The notes under the pieces: generated by a model
The model's database searches: none
What the model was told of the DNA's origin: nothing
The model's input: only the letters and a program-made list of their open reading frames with translations
Position numbers and translations under genes: made by a program
Part shown: in pieces, positions 49,845 to 60,737 of the stretch
How positions within the stretch are numbered: the stretch's first letter is position 1
How the letters are laid out: each line of letters opens with the position of its first letter
Origin: Veleropilina oligotropha
Taxonomy: Eukaryota
NCBI GenBank assembly: GCA_048128005.1
Contig: JBEUKZ010000071.1
Location: forward strand, 124,001 to 188,000
Direction: 5' to 3'
DNA length: 64,000 nt

Positions 49845-51098
49845 CCCACTGTCTAGCGGCAATAAGAAGCAAGCCCCCGACAGATATAATCACAGCCCAC
49901 AGGTTCTCGGCCAGCCACGATGCTGTCTTGCCGACCAGGTTGATTAGCCAGGAGACCAGGCTGCCAAGTATTCCGGGGAGTGCGGCTGCGGCCTTCCCCG
50001 CTAGTTTGCCCAGAATCCGACCCAGGTTCTGCAGCTGCTTTTTGACCCACTCCTTGACCCCCCCCCCTGACCACTGGGAGGTGGTGGTGTTGGTGCGATG
50101 CTCGGCGCTCCGCCTGTTAGGGCTAGTACCAAAGTCGAGATGGCCAACCCGATCGCGGTCAGTATTGTTGCGATCGTAACCCCCTGCTCGCGAAACAGGG
50201 TCCGGATACGCTCGGCCAGCGTTGTGTCAGAGTGGAGTATCCGATTTAGCATCTCTCGGATCCGGCTGATCTGAGAGCGAAGGGCTTCCCGGCTTGATGA
50301 GGCTGCCTCTAGTCTGGCTTCTCGTTCATCCTGTAAGTTGCGAAGACGTTCCGCGATCCGTCGACGAATAAACTCATCCACACCGCCCTCTTCATCGGCC
50401 CGATCGAGCTTGCTCTTCTCCAGCTCTATGTGTTCGTCCAGCGCCGTTAGTTTGGCTAGATTGTTGGTTAGTTCGCCTCGAATGGTCTGCATCGCCTTGT
50501 CAAGTCCGCGAAGCTCGCGGAGGTTTAATGGAGGGTCCCCCATTGTGCCTAAGATCTCTTCAACCTCGGTATCAGTGAATTCCGTCTCCATCGTGTGGAT
50601 TGCTACCGAGGCATCAGTAGCAGTCTGCCCCAAGTCCCGCAGTTCTACGTTGTCTACGTTGGCCGCTGCACCGCTCAACTCGTTGTCTGCGGTCTGAAAT
50701 GCCGCGACGGCTTTTGAGGACAGCTTTTGTCCCCCCCGCTTCCAGTGTACGAAGCCCAACCCATCTCTGATGGCACTACCCCCACCACGCTGGCCAGCTA
50801 TGGTTGCCAAAGCCTTGGGTTTACCGGTGCTAGAATTGATGAGATCGATGTGGGGCCAGGCTTTCATCTGCAGTCGCCCGTCCACGTAATCGAACCTGGA
50901 GTAATCACGCCCCGCGGCGGGGGTTTGCCCCTCTTTGGACAGGGCGTTGTAGTAGTCATCAACCGCTGTTTGAACAAGCTCTTGCCGCAGACCGCTGGTT
51001 CCTTCCTGTGGCGCCGCCACAATCCAGTCCGTGGATCCAACCTCACCATCATCGTCGATGATGTCGGGCTCGAATGTGGGGTTCTCAAATTCCGCCAT
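49837..51098 (-). CDS. Viral coiled-coil multi-TM protein, frameshifted at a G10 run (50058-50067)
   Basis: Starts MAEFENPTF; coiled coil, then TM. The shifted frame continues VKEWVKKQLQNLGRILGKLAGKAAAALPGILGSLVSWL...LLLIAARQWVT*. Confidence 0.7.
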
Positions 51099-51141
51099 TT
51101 GAATACACCGGTGGGGGTACGCATCTAATTCAGACAACAAC

Positions 51142-52446
51142 ATGTCCAGCACGTACGGACGCACGTTGGATCCATACCGCAGACTGCGAGAGCCTCTTGG
51201 GGTGAAAGGGGTCCGCCAGTCGGTCACGATAACGAACAACCCATCCACTATTGCTGCGAACCAGCAGCTGTTGGTTCGGTTCCCGAATCTCGGGACTCAC
51301 GACGTTATCGTGCCAGGGACTGCCCACCTCGCATTCACCATTGCTCTGACCTCGGCTAACCCGAACAGGACTGTAGTTCAGAACATCGGACGCGCCGTGA
51401 TCAAAAAGACCACGATAAAGATCAGTGGGAACGAAGTCATGTCTATAGATGACTCCGACGTGTACCACTGCTACTGCGATCTCTGGAAAACCGCAGGGGA
51501 GCGCACGAATGCCCAATATCAGGGTATTGATACCAGCGATGGACACAACACTACGAAGAACCGTGTCGGCGCTGAGGGCGCATTCAGACGTTCTGAGGAC
51601 ACAGCTATATCGGACGCGTACGGTCCGAGGTTCCGCATCCCGCTGGACTTCGAGTTGCTGGAGAGCCACATGCCGTTCTACCAGAGTGCGTTGGGGGACC
51701 GTCTTGAGTATGAGCTCACCTTCAACGACCACTCAAGGATGATCAGGGACACCGATGACCCCAGCTCCAGCTACGTCATCGACAATATCAGCCTGGAATA
51801 CGACATGGTCACTAATCTTGAGCTTGCCAGATTGATACAAAACCAATACTCGGGCCGCCTCACTATCCTGTACGATCGTGTCCTGCGGCATCGTAAGATC
51901 ACGAGAGACAAGAGTGACACTTTGTGGAATTTAAATTTGAATGTACCGGCGAAATCCATGAAGGGAATCCTACTTCTGTTCGAGGATCCCGCGAGAGACG
52001 CCGCACCATTCGCGAGGGACACCGAGGCCTTCTACAATCCGAAGATCACGAAGGTCGAGGTCACCATTGAGGGCGTTCCAAATCAAATATACAGCCAGGG
52101 CATGCGTTCCTACCAGATGTGGGACGAAGCCAGGAGATTCTTCGCCTCCTCCCCAAGCAGCAAGCGCCATCCTGAGGTCGCGTTGGTTGCCAAGGATTTG
52201 GAATTGGCGGACGTCACCCTGGGCGAGTTTCTGACTAAGAAGTTCGCCTTATTGATAGATCTCCGGGTAACTGACGACGACGAGCTGCATGGGTCAGGCC
52301 GGAAAGTAGATAACGCCAGCGAGGGCATCACCATCCAGATAACTAAGACGGGTGAAGCAGCCGGCCCGTTGAACGTCTACGTGTTCGTGATAATGGATGC
52401 GCAACTGCATATTCAGGATGGCCGATTTGTCACCGCGCTGTACTAA
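51142..52446 (+). CDS. Putative major capsid protein (double jelly-roll)
   Basis: 434 aa, beta-rich, immediately upstream of the packaging ATPase; size and position typical of Polinton-like MCPs. Fold not verified. Confidence 0.7.
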   Translation: MSSTYGRTLDPYRRLREPLGVKGVRQSVTITNNPSTIAANQQLLVRFPNLGTHDVIVPGTAHLAFTIALTSANPNRTVVQNIGRAVIKKTTIKISGNEVMSIDDSDVYHCYCDLWKTAGERTNAQYQGIDTSDGHNTTKNRVGAEGAFRRSEDTAISDAYGPRFRIPLDFELLESHMPFYQSALGDRLEYELTFNDHSRMIRDTDDPSSSYVIDNISLEYDMVTNLELARLIQNQYSGRLTILYDRVLRHRKITRDKSDTLWNLNLNVPAKSMKGILLLFEDPARDAAPFARDTEAFYNPKITKVEVTIEGVPNQIYSQGMRSYQMWDEARRFFASSPSSKRHPEVALVAKDLELADVTLGEFLTKKFALLIDLRVTDDDELHGSGRKVDNASEGITIQITKTGEAAGPLNVYVFVIMDAQLHIQDGRFVTALY

Positions 52447-53053
52447 AAGACGGTTCCCCCACCCCAAGGACCCCCACTCCGCGATCATCTGTGGCCAGAC
52501 CGGCTGCGGGAAGACGGTTTTCATACTTGAACTTCTCGAGGGGGAGTACCTAGGAGTGTTCCGACATATTGTGATCCTCTGCCCCACGATCAAGTACAAC
52601 AAAGCATACCAGTCCTGTCCATGGATCTGGACTGACCCTGAGGTGTACTTGATCCCCCCCGGTGAGCGACTCCATGACTGGTTGCGGGGGTTCTACCGGC
52701 TGTTTCAGGGGGAACCAACCCTCTACATCATCGACGACTGCGCCGCCAGCAAAGCCCTCGCAAAGAGAAGGGACATGCTGACTTTGTTGGCCTTCAGCGG
52801 AAGACACGCCGAACAGAGCGTATGGGTAGTGACGCAAAAGTACAACGCAGTCTTGAAGGAGCTCAGAGAGCAGACCCGCTGGGTCGCGCTGTTCCATTGC
52901 AAGGACCGCGACAGTTTCGAGGACTGTCTGCGCGAGAACGATGTTATCTCATCGCAGGATGAACGGACCGCGGTACGGGCTCTGTTGGCCGAGACCAGAC
53001 ACGCTAAGCTGTTGTTAAAGACTGATCAGCCCGTTGCTTATAGTGTGCTATAG
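52397..53053 (+). CDS. A32/FtsK-like genome packaging ATPase
   Basis: Walker A GQTGCGKT, Walker B YIIDD, GRH arginine motif, VVTQKY. Confidence 0.9.
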   Translation: MRNCIFRMADLSPRCTKRRFPHPKDPHSAIICGQTGCGKTVFILELLEGEYLGVFRHIVILCPTIKYNKAYQSCPWIWTDPEVYLIPPGERLHDWLRGFYRLFQGEPTLYIIDDCAASKALAKRRDMLTLLAFSGRHAEQSVWVVTQKYNAVLKELREQTRWVALFHCKDRDSFEDCLRENDVISSQDERTAVRALLAETRHAKLLLKTDQPVAYSVL

Positions 53054-53106
53054 CAGCTACTTGGCTAGCCCTAACATCTACTTAGCAGCTACTTAGCTAG
53101 CTAGGC

Positions 53107-53847
53107 ATGTCGGACGCTGTATACATAGCTTTTGCTTGCAGCCAAAGCCTGACGTTGCTGCTACTCGTAACATTGTGGTATTGGCATTATCGCTATATTA
53201 GACTGGCGAGGAGATGTTGGAAACGCTTAAGGATGGACAGCCTCATCGATCAACTCATGGATGACGAGGAAGAAACGACCGTCTGCCAGGGCCCCCCACC
53301 CCGCTCGACGACCGAACGTGGCGAGGAACCTGAAACTGGCGTAGCAAAGAAACGGGAGAGGCTTGCAGCATTAGCCGTTGGAGGACAGGCCCACCGATAC
53401 ATGGGGCGCAACCTCACGGTTGACCGAATCGACGATATGACTAACGACGAGGTTGAGAAACACCATGCACGGTATGAAGCCAAGCTCGGTGCTGACATGA
53501 CGAAGACCCTGGGGACTGCCGCTATACAGCTGTATGCGGGTGCAGCTGGGATGTTCTTGCCCATTCCGCCGGAGAACCAGCTACGACTGGTCGCTGACCT
53601 CGAGGCCGACCCTTTCATCTCACATGCCCTGAGCACTGCAAGCTGTGAGCTGTATTATAAATATGGCATGTACCTCGCACCGCTGACCGCAGCGCTGACC
53701 ACGGCTAAGCACTGCCAATTTGGACATGTTTGCCCGCCTAAAATATCGCGAGAGCGAGATCAAGATGACAACGCAGGAAGTGGACCAAATGATCGAGAGC
53801 CAGCCGATAGAGAGGGTGACTTCTTCGACGGACTCATCAGTGAGTAA
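53107..53847 (+). CDS. Viral hypothetical protein, 246 aa (start may be 53232)
   Basis: ATG-initiated long ORF in the co-oriented gene block. Confidence 0.65.
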   Translation: MSDAVYIAFACSQSLTLLLLVTLWYWHYRYIRLARRCWKRLRMDSLIDQLMDDEEETTVCQGPPPRSTTERGEEPETGVAKKRERLAALAVGGQAHRYMGRNLTVDRIDDMTNDEVEKHHARYEAKLGADMTKTLGTAAIQLYAGAAGMFLPIPPENQLRLVADLEADPFISHALSTASCELYYKYGMYLAPLTAALTTAKHCQFGHVCPPKISRERDQDDNAGSGPNDREPADREGDFFDGLISE

Positions 53848-54271
53848 CAAGGACCCTAAAAAGGACCCTAAGAAGGTCGCAGCAGGCCGGGCCGGTGCTG
53901 CGGCTCGGAAAGCCAAGCAGGAGAGGCTCCTTGCCGACGTTAGAAGACTCAAAGAAAACGCTCGACAAGTATCCGCCAGCGAAGTTCCTTCAGGCCTACC
54001 GGAGGCACAGCCCAAACACAGTGGTGCCCCCCCCGCGGTGACCGCGGTCGAAAAAGCTGGACAGTCAGCTACACGGAAATCGGACCCATTTAATTGGACC
54101 CAGGTAGCCGTTGCTGCCGGTACGGTTGCATTGGTATTTGTTGTCTGGAGACGCAGCAACCCTGGTCCATCCATACCACATCAACAGCCACTAGCACAGG
54201 CGAGGCAGCCCACCCCCTCGAGGGCCACCACCGAATTGAAGAATGAGCACAACCCGTTCCATATGCGATAG
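53765..54271 (+). CDS. Viral basic protein with TM segment
   Basis: MTTQEV...KDPKKVAAGRAGAAARKAK...VAVAAGTVALVFVVW. Confidence 0.65.
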   Translation: MTTQEVDQMIESQPIERVTSSTDSSVSNKDPKKDPKKVAAGRAGAAARKAKQERLLADVRRLKENARQVSASEVPSGLPEAQPKHSGAPPAVTAVEKAGQSATRKSDPFNWTQVAVAAGTVALVFVVWRRSNPGPSIPHQQPLAQARQPTPSRATTELKNEHNPFHMR

Positions 54272-54283
54272 TCTCAGTACAAC

Positions 54284-54523
54284 ATGACTACCCCGATTAC
54301 TGACGGAAAGATGCTCGGCAACGCCGTCTATCACGCAGCTATCGTGTCCGGCCTCGCCATAGGCTACGCACGCCTGGTCAAGATGGTATTCAAGGGTGTC
54401 AGTCCTAAGCTGGACTTCACGGGGTACCATGTCGGGATGGTCGTCCTCGACGTAGCGCTCGCCATGGCGACGAAGGACATGCTGATCAAGCAAGGCATCA
54501 TTCCGGCCGACGTTTTGAAGTAG
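54284..54523 (+). CDS. Small viral membrane protein, 79 aa
   Basis: Two hydrophobic segments; ATG in good context. Confidence 0.65.
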   Translation: MTTPITDGKMLGNAVYHAAIVSGLAIGYARLVKMVFKGVSPKLDFTGYHVGMVVLDVALAMATKDMLIKQGIIPADVLK

Positions 54524-54554
54524 TGGGACCTTGCTAGATAATCGCAGCATTTCA

Positions 54555-54986
54555 ATGGCTTCCATTGCGATGCTGGTTGGGGGCGCTCTCGTCAACGCCC
54601 TCGCCTTCAGCGGGTCCAACTTCCTGTTCTCGAAGCTACGCAGCTCCGGTGTTGATGCGGAGCGTAAACGCCACGACATTGCTGTAGAGCAGCTCAACGC
54701 CGCTCAGACTAAGTGGTCCCAAAAGAGGGCAGAGCGTCTCGACTGGCTGAACGTTGAACTTCGCCGCCAGGGTCACGCTGTTGGCACATTCCGGGATGTT
54801 GACGCCGCGATCCGTGAGTATGCCTTGATCACCGGCAAGAACCTTGATCCCACCGCTATAGGAGGTGGCCCTGAGCCCCAGCTGTCCGACTACTACACGC
54901 CTAGTGATGGCCAGAAGGGACGTGAGATCACCTTCGTGATCCTGGGGATGGCTGCGACCGGGTTGGTAGCCTACAAGCTCGCCTAA
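54555..54986 (+). CDS. Viral membrane protein with N- and C-terminal hydrophobic segments
   Basis: MASIAMLVGGALVNALAF...ITFVILGMAATGLVAYKLA. Confidence 0.65.
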   Translation: MASIAMLVGGALVNALAFSGSNFLFSKLRSSGVDAERKRHDIAVEQLNAAQTKWSQKRAERLDWLNVELRRQGHAVGTFRDVDAAIREYALITGKNLDPTAIGGGPEPQLSDYYTPSDGQKGREITFVILGMAATGLVAYKLA

Positions 54987-55290
54987 TTTCCATGTTTGGA
55001 CATTTTTTCGTGTGCCTATAGGATGGGGCTCCCAGAAGAGCTGTACTGCGCCATGCTTGCGGTCAGCGGGGTGGCGCATAGTACTACGTCACTCGACTGC
55101 TGGCGCCGCGATGAAAAGACTATGGTGCGGTTCGCGGTCCTGGTGCTCTCGGGCCCGACCAACCTTTGGGAGACGACTGCGCAGCGACCGGCTCCGGAAG
55201 CTGAAGCCTGTTGGAGACTGATCAGTTTACTGGAATACATTGCCAGTCTCGATGGCAGCGAAGACCGGCAAAAGAACTCGAGGGCGCGGA

Positions 55291-56289
55291 ATGAACCGGA
55301 AGCTTGCAAATAGCTACTATAGCCCCCGAGGCTACTGGAAAGGGATCGCCGCGATAAAACATCTCTCGGCCGCAGTAGATGTCTCTGAAGACGTGGCCCG
55401 GGATTGGCTGAAGAAGCAGGCCATCTGGCAAATCTATTTACCTGCGCCACGGCGGATTCCAAGACCAAAATTCAATGTCGAAACGCCGAACGAGGTTCAC
55501 CAAGCCGACCTCCTGTTTCTCCCACATGACAAGGTCGGTCGTAAAACGTACAAGTACGCGCTGACTGTGGTTGATGTGGCCAGTCGCTATAAAGAAGCTG
55601 AGCCATTGGCCACAAAAGAGGCCAAAGGGGTTGCTGAAGCTCTGTCTCGAATCTACAGGCGGAGTCCTCTTAGCTGGCCGAAATTGCTTCAGGTTGATCC
55701 AGGGCGGGAGTTTATGGGCGCGGTCTCCCAGCTGCTGGCAAAGAATAATGTCGAGGTTAGGCGTGGCCGTGTGGATCTCCATCGCGATCAAGGCATTGTG
55801 GAGCGCTTCAACCGGACGCTCGCTGAGCGGCTCTTCGGGCACCAGTATGCAAAAGAGATGCGGTTTGCAGAGTCTGCGAAAGAGGGTCAAAGGTCGACTG
55901 AGTGGGTCGCCCGGATACCCGCTGTAGTTGCGGCCTTGAATGGGGAAGTGACCAGGCTGACCGGTAAAAAGCCCAAGGACGCCATCAAGGCACCTCGCGT
56001 TGCCCAAAAGCCCTCTTCCACTGTTCCAGGCCGACAGGGGAAGGAACAGAAACTCCCCTCTGACGTAGATGTTCGATACCTATACCAACCCGGTGAGTTG
56101 GAGGGTGGTCGCCGCCGCGCTACTGACCCGGTGTGGTCTTTGACGGTTCACAGGCTTGGACGCTCCGTCACTAAGCCTGACGAGCCTGTGCTCTACTACT
56201 TGCTCGATGGACCACCGCGTGGGTTTGTTCGAGAGGAACTTCTCGTGGTGCCTCGTGACACCCAGCTGCCGCCGGTTCTCAGGCGTTAA
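55291..56289 (+). CDS. Retroviral-type (rve, DDE) integrase
   Basis: HQADLLF (D), LTVVDVASRY, LQVDPGREF (D), GIVERFNRTL (E); no C-terminal chromodomain evident. Confidence 0.93.
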   Translation: MNRKLANSYYSPRGYWKGIAAIKHLSAAVDVSEDVARDWLKKQAIWQIYLPAPRRIPRPKFNVETPNEVHQADLLFLPHDKVGRKTYKYALTVVDVASRYKEAEPLATKEAKGVAEALSRIYRRSPLSWPKLLQVDPGREFMGAVSQLLAKNNVEVRRGRVDLHRDQGIVERFNRTLAERLFGHQYAKEMRFAESAKEGQRSTEWVARIPAVVAALNGEVTRLTGKKPKDAIKAPRVAQKPSSTVPGRQGKEQKLPSDVDVRYLYQPGELEGGRRRATDPVWSLTVHRLGRSVTKPDEPVLYYLLDGPPRGFVREELLVVPRDTQLPPVLRR

Positions 56290-57835
56290 CAGCTGCTGCT
56301 CCCTCGTTTTCGGTTACATTCCAGACACGTTAAGCGCACGTTGTCGCGGATGTGGCCCCTGCTGTTGTCCACACGGTCGACACTGAACTGCTGTGTGTCT
56401 TTGGGCTGGTAGGCCCAGAGCAGCTCTATGTTGCATGCCGCGCAGCGGTTGTTTTGGGCGTCTTTGAGCTGCAGGATGTCATCGACCTTGAGGTTAAATC
56501 CCGGGAGTCCCTTGGCCTGGTCCTGGCGTTTGTACGCCACAAGCTTTTTCTGGATGGTCTTTCGAACCTGCTGCTTGCTCTGCGGCAGGGGCCTGTCCTC
56601 AGCACCCTCATCCGGAGGACAGGTTACCCGCTCGAGCTGATGCAGCAGCTCCACCCGGGACACGGCTAGGTAGGCGAGATTACTCCACTGAAGGTAGTCA
56701 TCGATGATCCAGACCCTCTGCGGGTCGTGAATCGTAAGACCCTGGCTCGAATGGATGGTGAGAGCATAGCCCAGGCGCCAATCCGTGGTCTGAATAGCCC
56801 GCTCAGCGGCGTCAATGGTGACCTCGACGACGTCGTTCAGAACTAGCTCCTCTCTTTCGTCGGTGCCCGGAATCGTTACCATGATGTTTTGCTTACGGGT
56901 GTCCCTGGGGTGGTAAAGGATAGGTACCGGGGAGTCTGGGAAGTGCTCCTTGTGCCTCTGGAGCAACAGCTGTTGAGCCCGTTCGCGGACCTTCTGACGG
57001 CTGGTGAGGATTAGGTCGCGTGGCTTCCAGGTGTTGACGAACCGATCCCATCCGAGGCAGCTGGGGAGAGTCTGTCGCATCTCGTCGCACTGGACTTTGT
57101 CGGGCTGGAGACGTATACGTCTTTTCAGGGCTTGGAGGGCAGGGTCGTCTTTCGCCCTGTAGTCTACTTCGATCTCTTCATAGTAGTCCGCGGTCCTTCG
57201 CAGCCAATCGTGCGGCATCTTGCCCGTAATCGGTGGTGGCTGGCCTTGATCGCCACAGCAGATAACCTGCACTTCGTGGCGGCCCAGCCAGTCCAAGAAC
57301 ATCTCTAGAATATGCCGGGGAACAGTACAGACCTCGTCCCAGATAATGACGCGGGGGATGAACTTCTGACCCATGCGATCAGGTGTCCAGTCATTCTGGC
57401 CGCTCCATCGGAAGAAGCTGTGGTAGGTCTGGGCTTTGACGCCTCTGGTCCGCATCTCTTTAGCGAGGCGGTGGGTTGGTGTGAACACGACGGGATTTCT
57501 TGCCCGGAAGAGCTCGATCGCTCTCGTAGTCTTGCCACAGCCCCCTCCACCGTTGAGGTAACTCAGGCGATGGTGGGTCAGCGTGTCATTGTAGCATGGC
57601 GCGGTGCTTGGCTGGCTGGAATTGGCGGCACAACAATACTCTGGCTTGGGTAGGTATGCGGCATGTTCCTGTGGCATGTACAGCTGTTCGCCCTTGTCAC
57701 GCCACTGGGCTGGTGCTACTGGCGGAAGGTACGGCTCCGCGATCAGACATGAGATGCACGATTTCTCGCCACAGTCGCAGAGTTGGGGGGCAACGTACAC
57801 CGTGACATCGTCGAGCTTCTCCAACGAGGCCTTCT
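56286..57835 (-). CDS. SF1 (RecD/Pif1-like) helicase with C-terminal HNH-like zinc domain; probably the 3' half of one replicase gene
   Basis: GGGGCGKT, FTPTH, IIWDE, CGDQGQ, YALTIHSSQG, AYLAVSR; C-terminus CAAC...SVDRVDNSRGH...NVRLTCLECN. Confidence 0.88.
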
Positions 57836-60090
57836 CGGACAGCCTCGTCAGGGGTGAAACGCTGAAGCATGCTCAAGAGATTTATGTGGGCATATGCCAG
57901 CATCGAGGCCCTCAGGTGGGCGTACTGTGGCTGGGAGCCATCATAGTACGTGAGGATGTGCCCCATAGGGCATCTTTGAGGTGCGCCGACCAGGGTACCA
58001 CTTTGGCGGGTGTCTCTTACGAGGAAGTCGAGCTCACCCTGGTCGGTCACCAGTCTACGAGTCAATCGCTTTCCGTCAGCTTTGGCGCCTTGGGTGAATT
58101 TGCCGATAATGCTGCAGCCCTGGTCACGGTTCTCAGGAAGCCAGACCTCGAGTTGCTTTCTGAATGTGATGATGGCTTCTTGGATCTTGAGGCTTTTTAG
58201 CAGTCCAGATTCTATGAGGAAGGCGAGCAGCAGAGTTGGTGCCCATCCATTCTCTGCAAAGTGCTTTCCGAACCAGGCGGGAATGACGGGGTGGTTGTCT
58301 TGTACGAACTCCCATTCCACGACCTCAGCAAACCCGGTGCCGATATCTTCGGGAAGAGGACCGTTAATTGCGACCCGGGTCATGCTGTGGGTTGGGTGTC
58401 CGAATCTTTCGAAATACGGCTTAGCCTCGCCCTTCCCCAGAAAGCTGGCAGGGTAGCAGGCTTTCATATCGATGCAGCAGACATCGCCCGTGTCGTAATT
58501 CATGGAATTCCACAGGCCACCATGGCCATGCTCTACACAGGCCTTCTGGATGTCATCGAGCAGGCTCGCTGGGGTGGGTTTCCAGCCGTTGGTCTCCTTG
58601 GCTATAATGCTAGCTGCATGGTTCACGCCAAAGGCTCGATCGGCTAGGGACTCGTTCCCCAGCGCTATACAGGCTTCTTGGAGTCTCTCGTGATCATCTT
58701 TTGTCCTGTACGTGCGGCCATCCTGAAGCACGAACTGGTTCACGCTGAGCTGTCGGTCTGTACCGCCAAGGAGCCAGACAGCCAATGGCTCATTATGTGT
58801 GGCTTGTCGGATAGCTTCCCAGACATCGCCCTCGTAGATGTGGACCTCTCTACTTTGCGGGAAGTGCAGCTCCTTGGACCATGCGTGGCCGTTGTGGCAG
58901 ATGAGTTCTATGGACTTCCACATACTGGCCTGGTATTTTCCACTGTTGAAGACGTCCTCGCCGGCAATATCTCTCAAGACGATCGCCCGTTTGAGGATCC
59001 TCTCGAGGATGGATATATCATCCACAGTGGCGCCTGTTACATGAACTCGCTCTTCCCACTCCTGTATTTTTCGTCTTCGTGTCGGGGTGAGTCCGTTTCC
59101 TCGCAGGGCACCTTCAAAGTGCTCAATCACTCTTTGGGCAACGCAGTTGAGGTCGCCGTTCTTCATCGGAACCAGATTGGCGGGGTTTGGTTCTCTGAGA
59201 GGATAGACGCCGTAGACGACTGCAGTGACCGGGTACGCATTCTCGTAGTAGACTTTGTCGACCCCAGTGATAGCACCCGGCTTAGTGTCCTGAGAGATCT
59301 CAAAGACACCCTGGCCCTTCTTTCTCGCAGCCTTCACCGGGTCAAACTTGTCTTCGACCATCCAGTCGCCCTCACTCCATTCACGCAAGAACTTTATTCT
59401 AAGGACATACTCGCCCTTTGGAAGGGCTGTGAGGAGCTGTGCCGCCCTTGCATCTGTCATACGGGCATCCAGGGCCAGCCGTCCAGCCACTTCTATCCTC
59501 CATGTGGAGAAGGCCGCCGCGGCGCCATCGACCTCAAACTCGTCTTTGGCGTCGCTCAAGAGTTCCACCCATGGCTCTTTTGCTGGGAGCCTTACTGGGG
59601 GAGGGACCTGGTCATCCAGGTCGATGAATCGTTGTCCCTCGGGTGTGGTAAATTGCCCTAGAAGATCCTTCTGGTAGTCCTGGGCTGTCCGGGGCGTTTT
59701 GGAGATGAGAAGATCGGGCCCCTTCCGAGCAATAGCATGGGCAAGGGTCTCTTTCCGAGACCGCTTGACGATTCGATCCGTGATGGCGCGAAGTGGCTTC
59801 AGTCGAATCCCGGGCGTTTTCTCAGCCTGGGATTCGTATTTACGAGCCTTCAGGGCGACGTCGACCTCGTCCTTAAGCTGCCGCAATTCGCGAGCACGAC
59901 GGCCTCTTTTGTGGGGGTTCTCCACATCTCCACGTATGGAGGGGAACCTCCCCGTTTTCATCGCCCGCTCGAGTCTCCTCCGAAACTCCGCAGCACGGAC
60001 CCTGGCTATTGCCCTGATGAGGTCGTTCTTCTTGAGCGTCGACCGAGCGGGAATCCCATAATCTTTCGCTAGATTGCGCAGGTCATCCAT
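57836..60090 (-). CDS. Rho-N-like domain plus family-B polymerase palm-like region; 5' half of the replicase gene
   Basis: N-terminal LRNLAKDYGIPARSTLKKNDLIRAI (Rho-N/HEH-like); IDMKACYP resembles motif A DxxSxYP; IIGKF resembles motif B; RASMLAYAH; motif C absent at the frame break. Confidence 0.65.
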
Positions 60091-60138
60091 GTTGCTGGGT
60101 GGGTATACACTACGCCAAGCATTCCTCTAATAGGAAAT

Positions 60139-60414
60139 TTACGTGTGGTAAATTACAGCCATGCGGAGAAACTCTCTCTCGAAGGCCCTTTTCTTTCGTC
60201 CCCAGTCCTTAACGTCCTCATTCCGATACCCACAACCCCGGCACAACGTAAACCGGTTAAAGACGCCTTTGCCGCATTTGATGCAGGGCTTTGTGCCCCA
60301 GCCATTTCGCCGTTGCCGAGCCAGATGGACTTTGCAATACTCGCTCAGACAGGTCTTACCGCATAGCTCCGTGGAGCTGATGGTAAGCCATTGACAGGTG
60401 TCATAGCCCTTCAT
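60139..60414 (-). CDS. Small viral Cys-rich zinc-binding protein, 91 aa
   Basis: CQW...CGK...YCKVH and CIKC...CRGC motifs. Confidence 0.6.
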   Translation of the reverse strand: MKGYDTCQWLTISSTELCGKTCLSEYCKVHLARQRRNGWGTKPCIKCGKGVFNRFTLCRGCGYRNEDVKDWGRKKRAFEREFLRMAVIYHT

Positions 60415-60562
60415 CGTATCCTTTGCATTGGATATACCCGTCCGATGGGTATGTCTAAAAGAGAGCCCGGGCCGGCGAGGGTAACGGGCCGTCCCTACGG
60501 GCTCTTACTACATACTACTATATCGGCATGTTAGACGCTGTGTAGTTATACTTGAAATCAAC

Positions 60563-60724
60563 ATGCCGCAGAAAGACGTTCCCATGTTGCGCAGCGCGAA
60601 AAGTTCCCGCCGCAAGGCCCCTGCCAAGGCTCCTGCCAAGGCTCCTGCCAAGGCTCCTACCAAGACTCCTGCCAAGGCTTCTGCCAAGGCCCCTGCCAAG
60701 GCTCCTGCCAAACGTCGTCCCTAG
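60563..60724 (+). CDS. 53-aa histone-H1-like basic peptide (KAPA repeats), absent from the ORF track
   Basis: caacATG; MPQKDVPMLRSAKSSRRKAPAKAPAKAPAKAPTKTPAKASAKAPAKAPAKRRP*. Confidence 0.6.
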   Translation: MPQKDVPMLRSAKSSRRKAPAKAPAKAPAKAPTKTPAKASAKAPAKAPAKRRP

Positions 60725-60737
60725 TCCCACCCCTGCT

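Noticed and set aside
54996..55313. 105-aa ORF before the integrase
   Set aside because: Non-ATG start in the track and no recognisable motif; it may be real but I cannot support it.
57604..60072. Plus-strand ORFs (198, 148, 327 aa) opposite the replicase
   Set aside because: Antisense shadows of a GC-rich coding region with no motifs.
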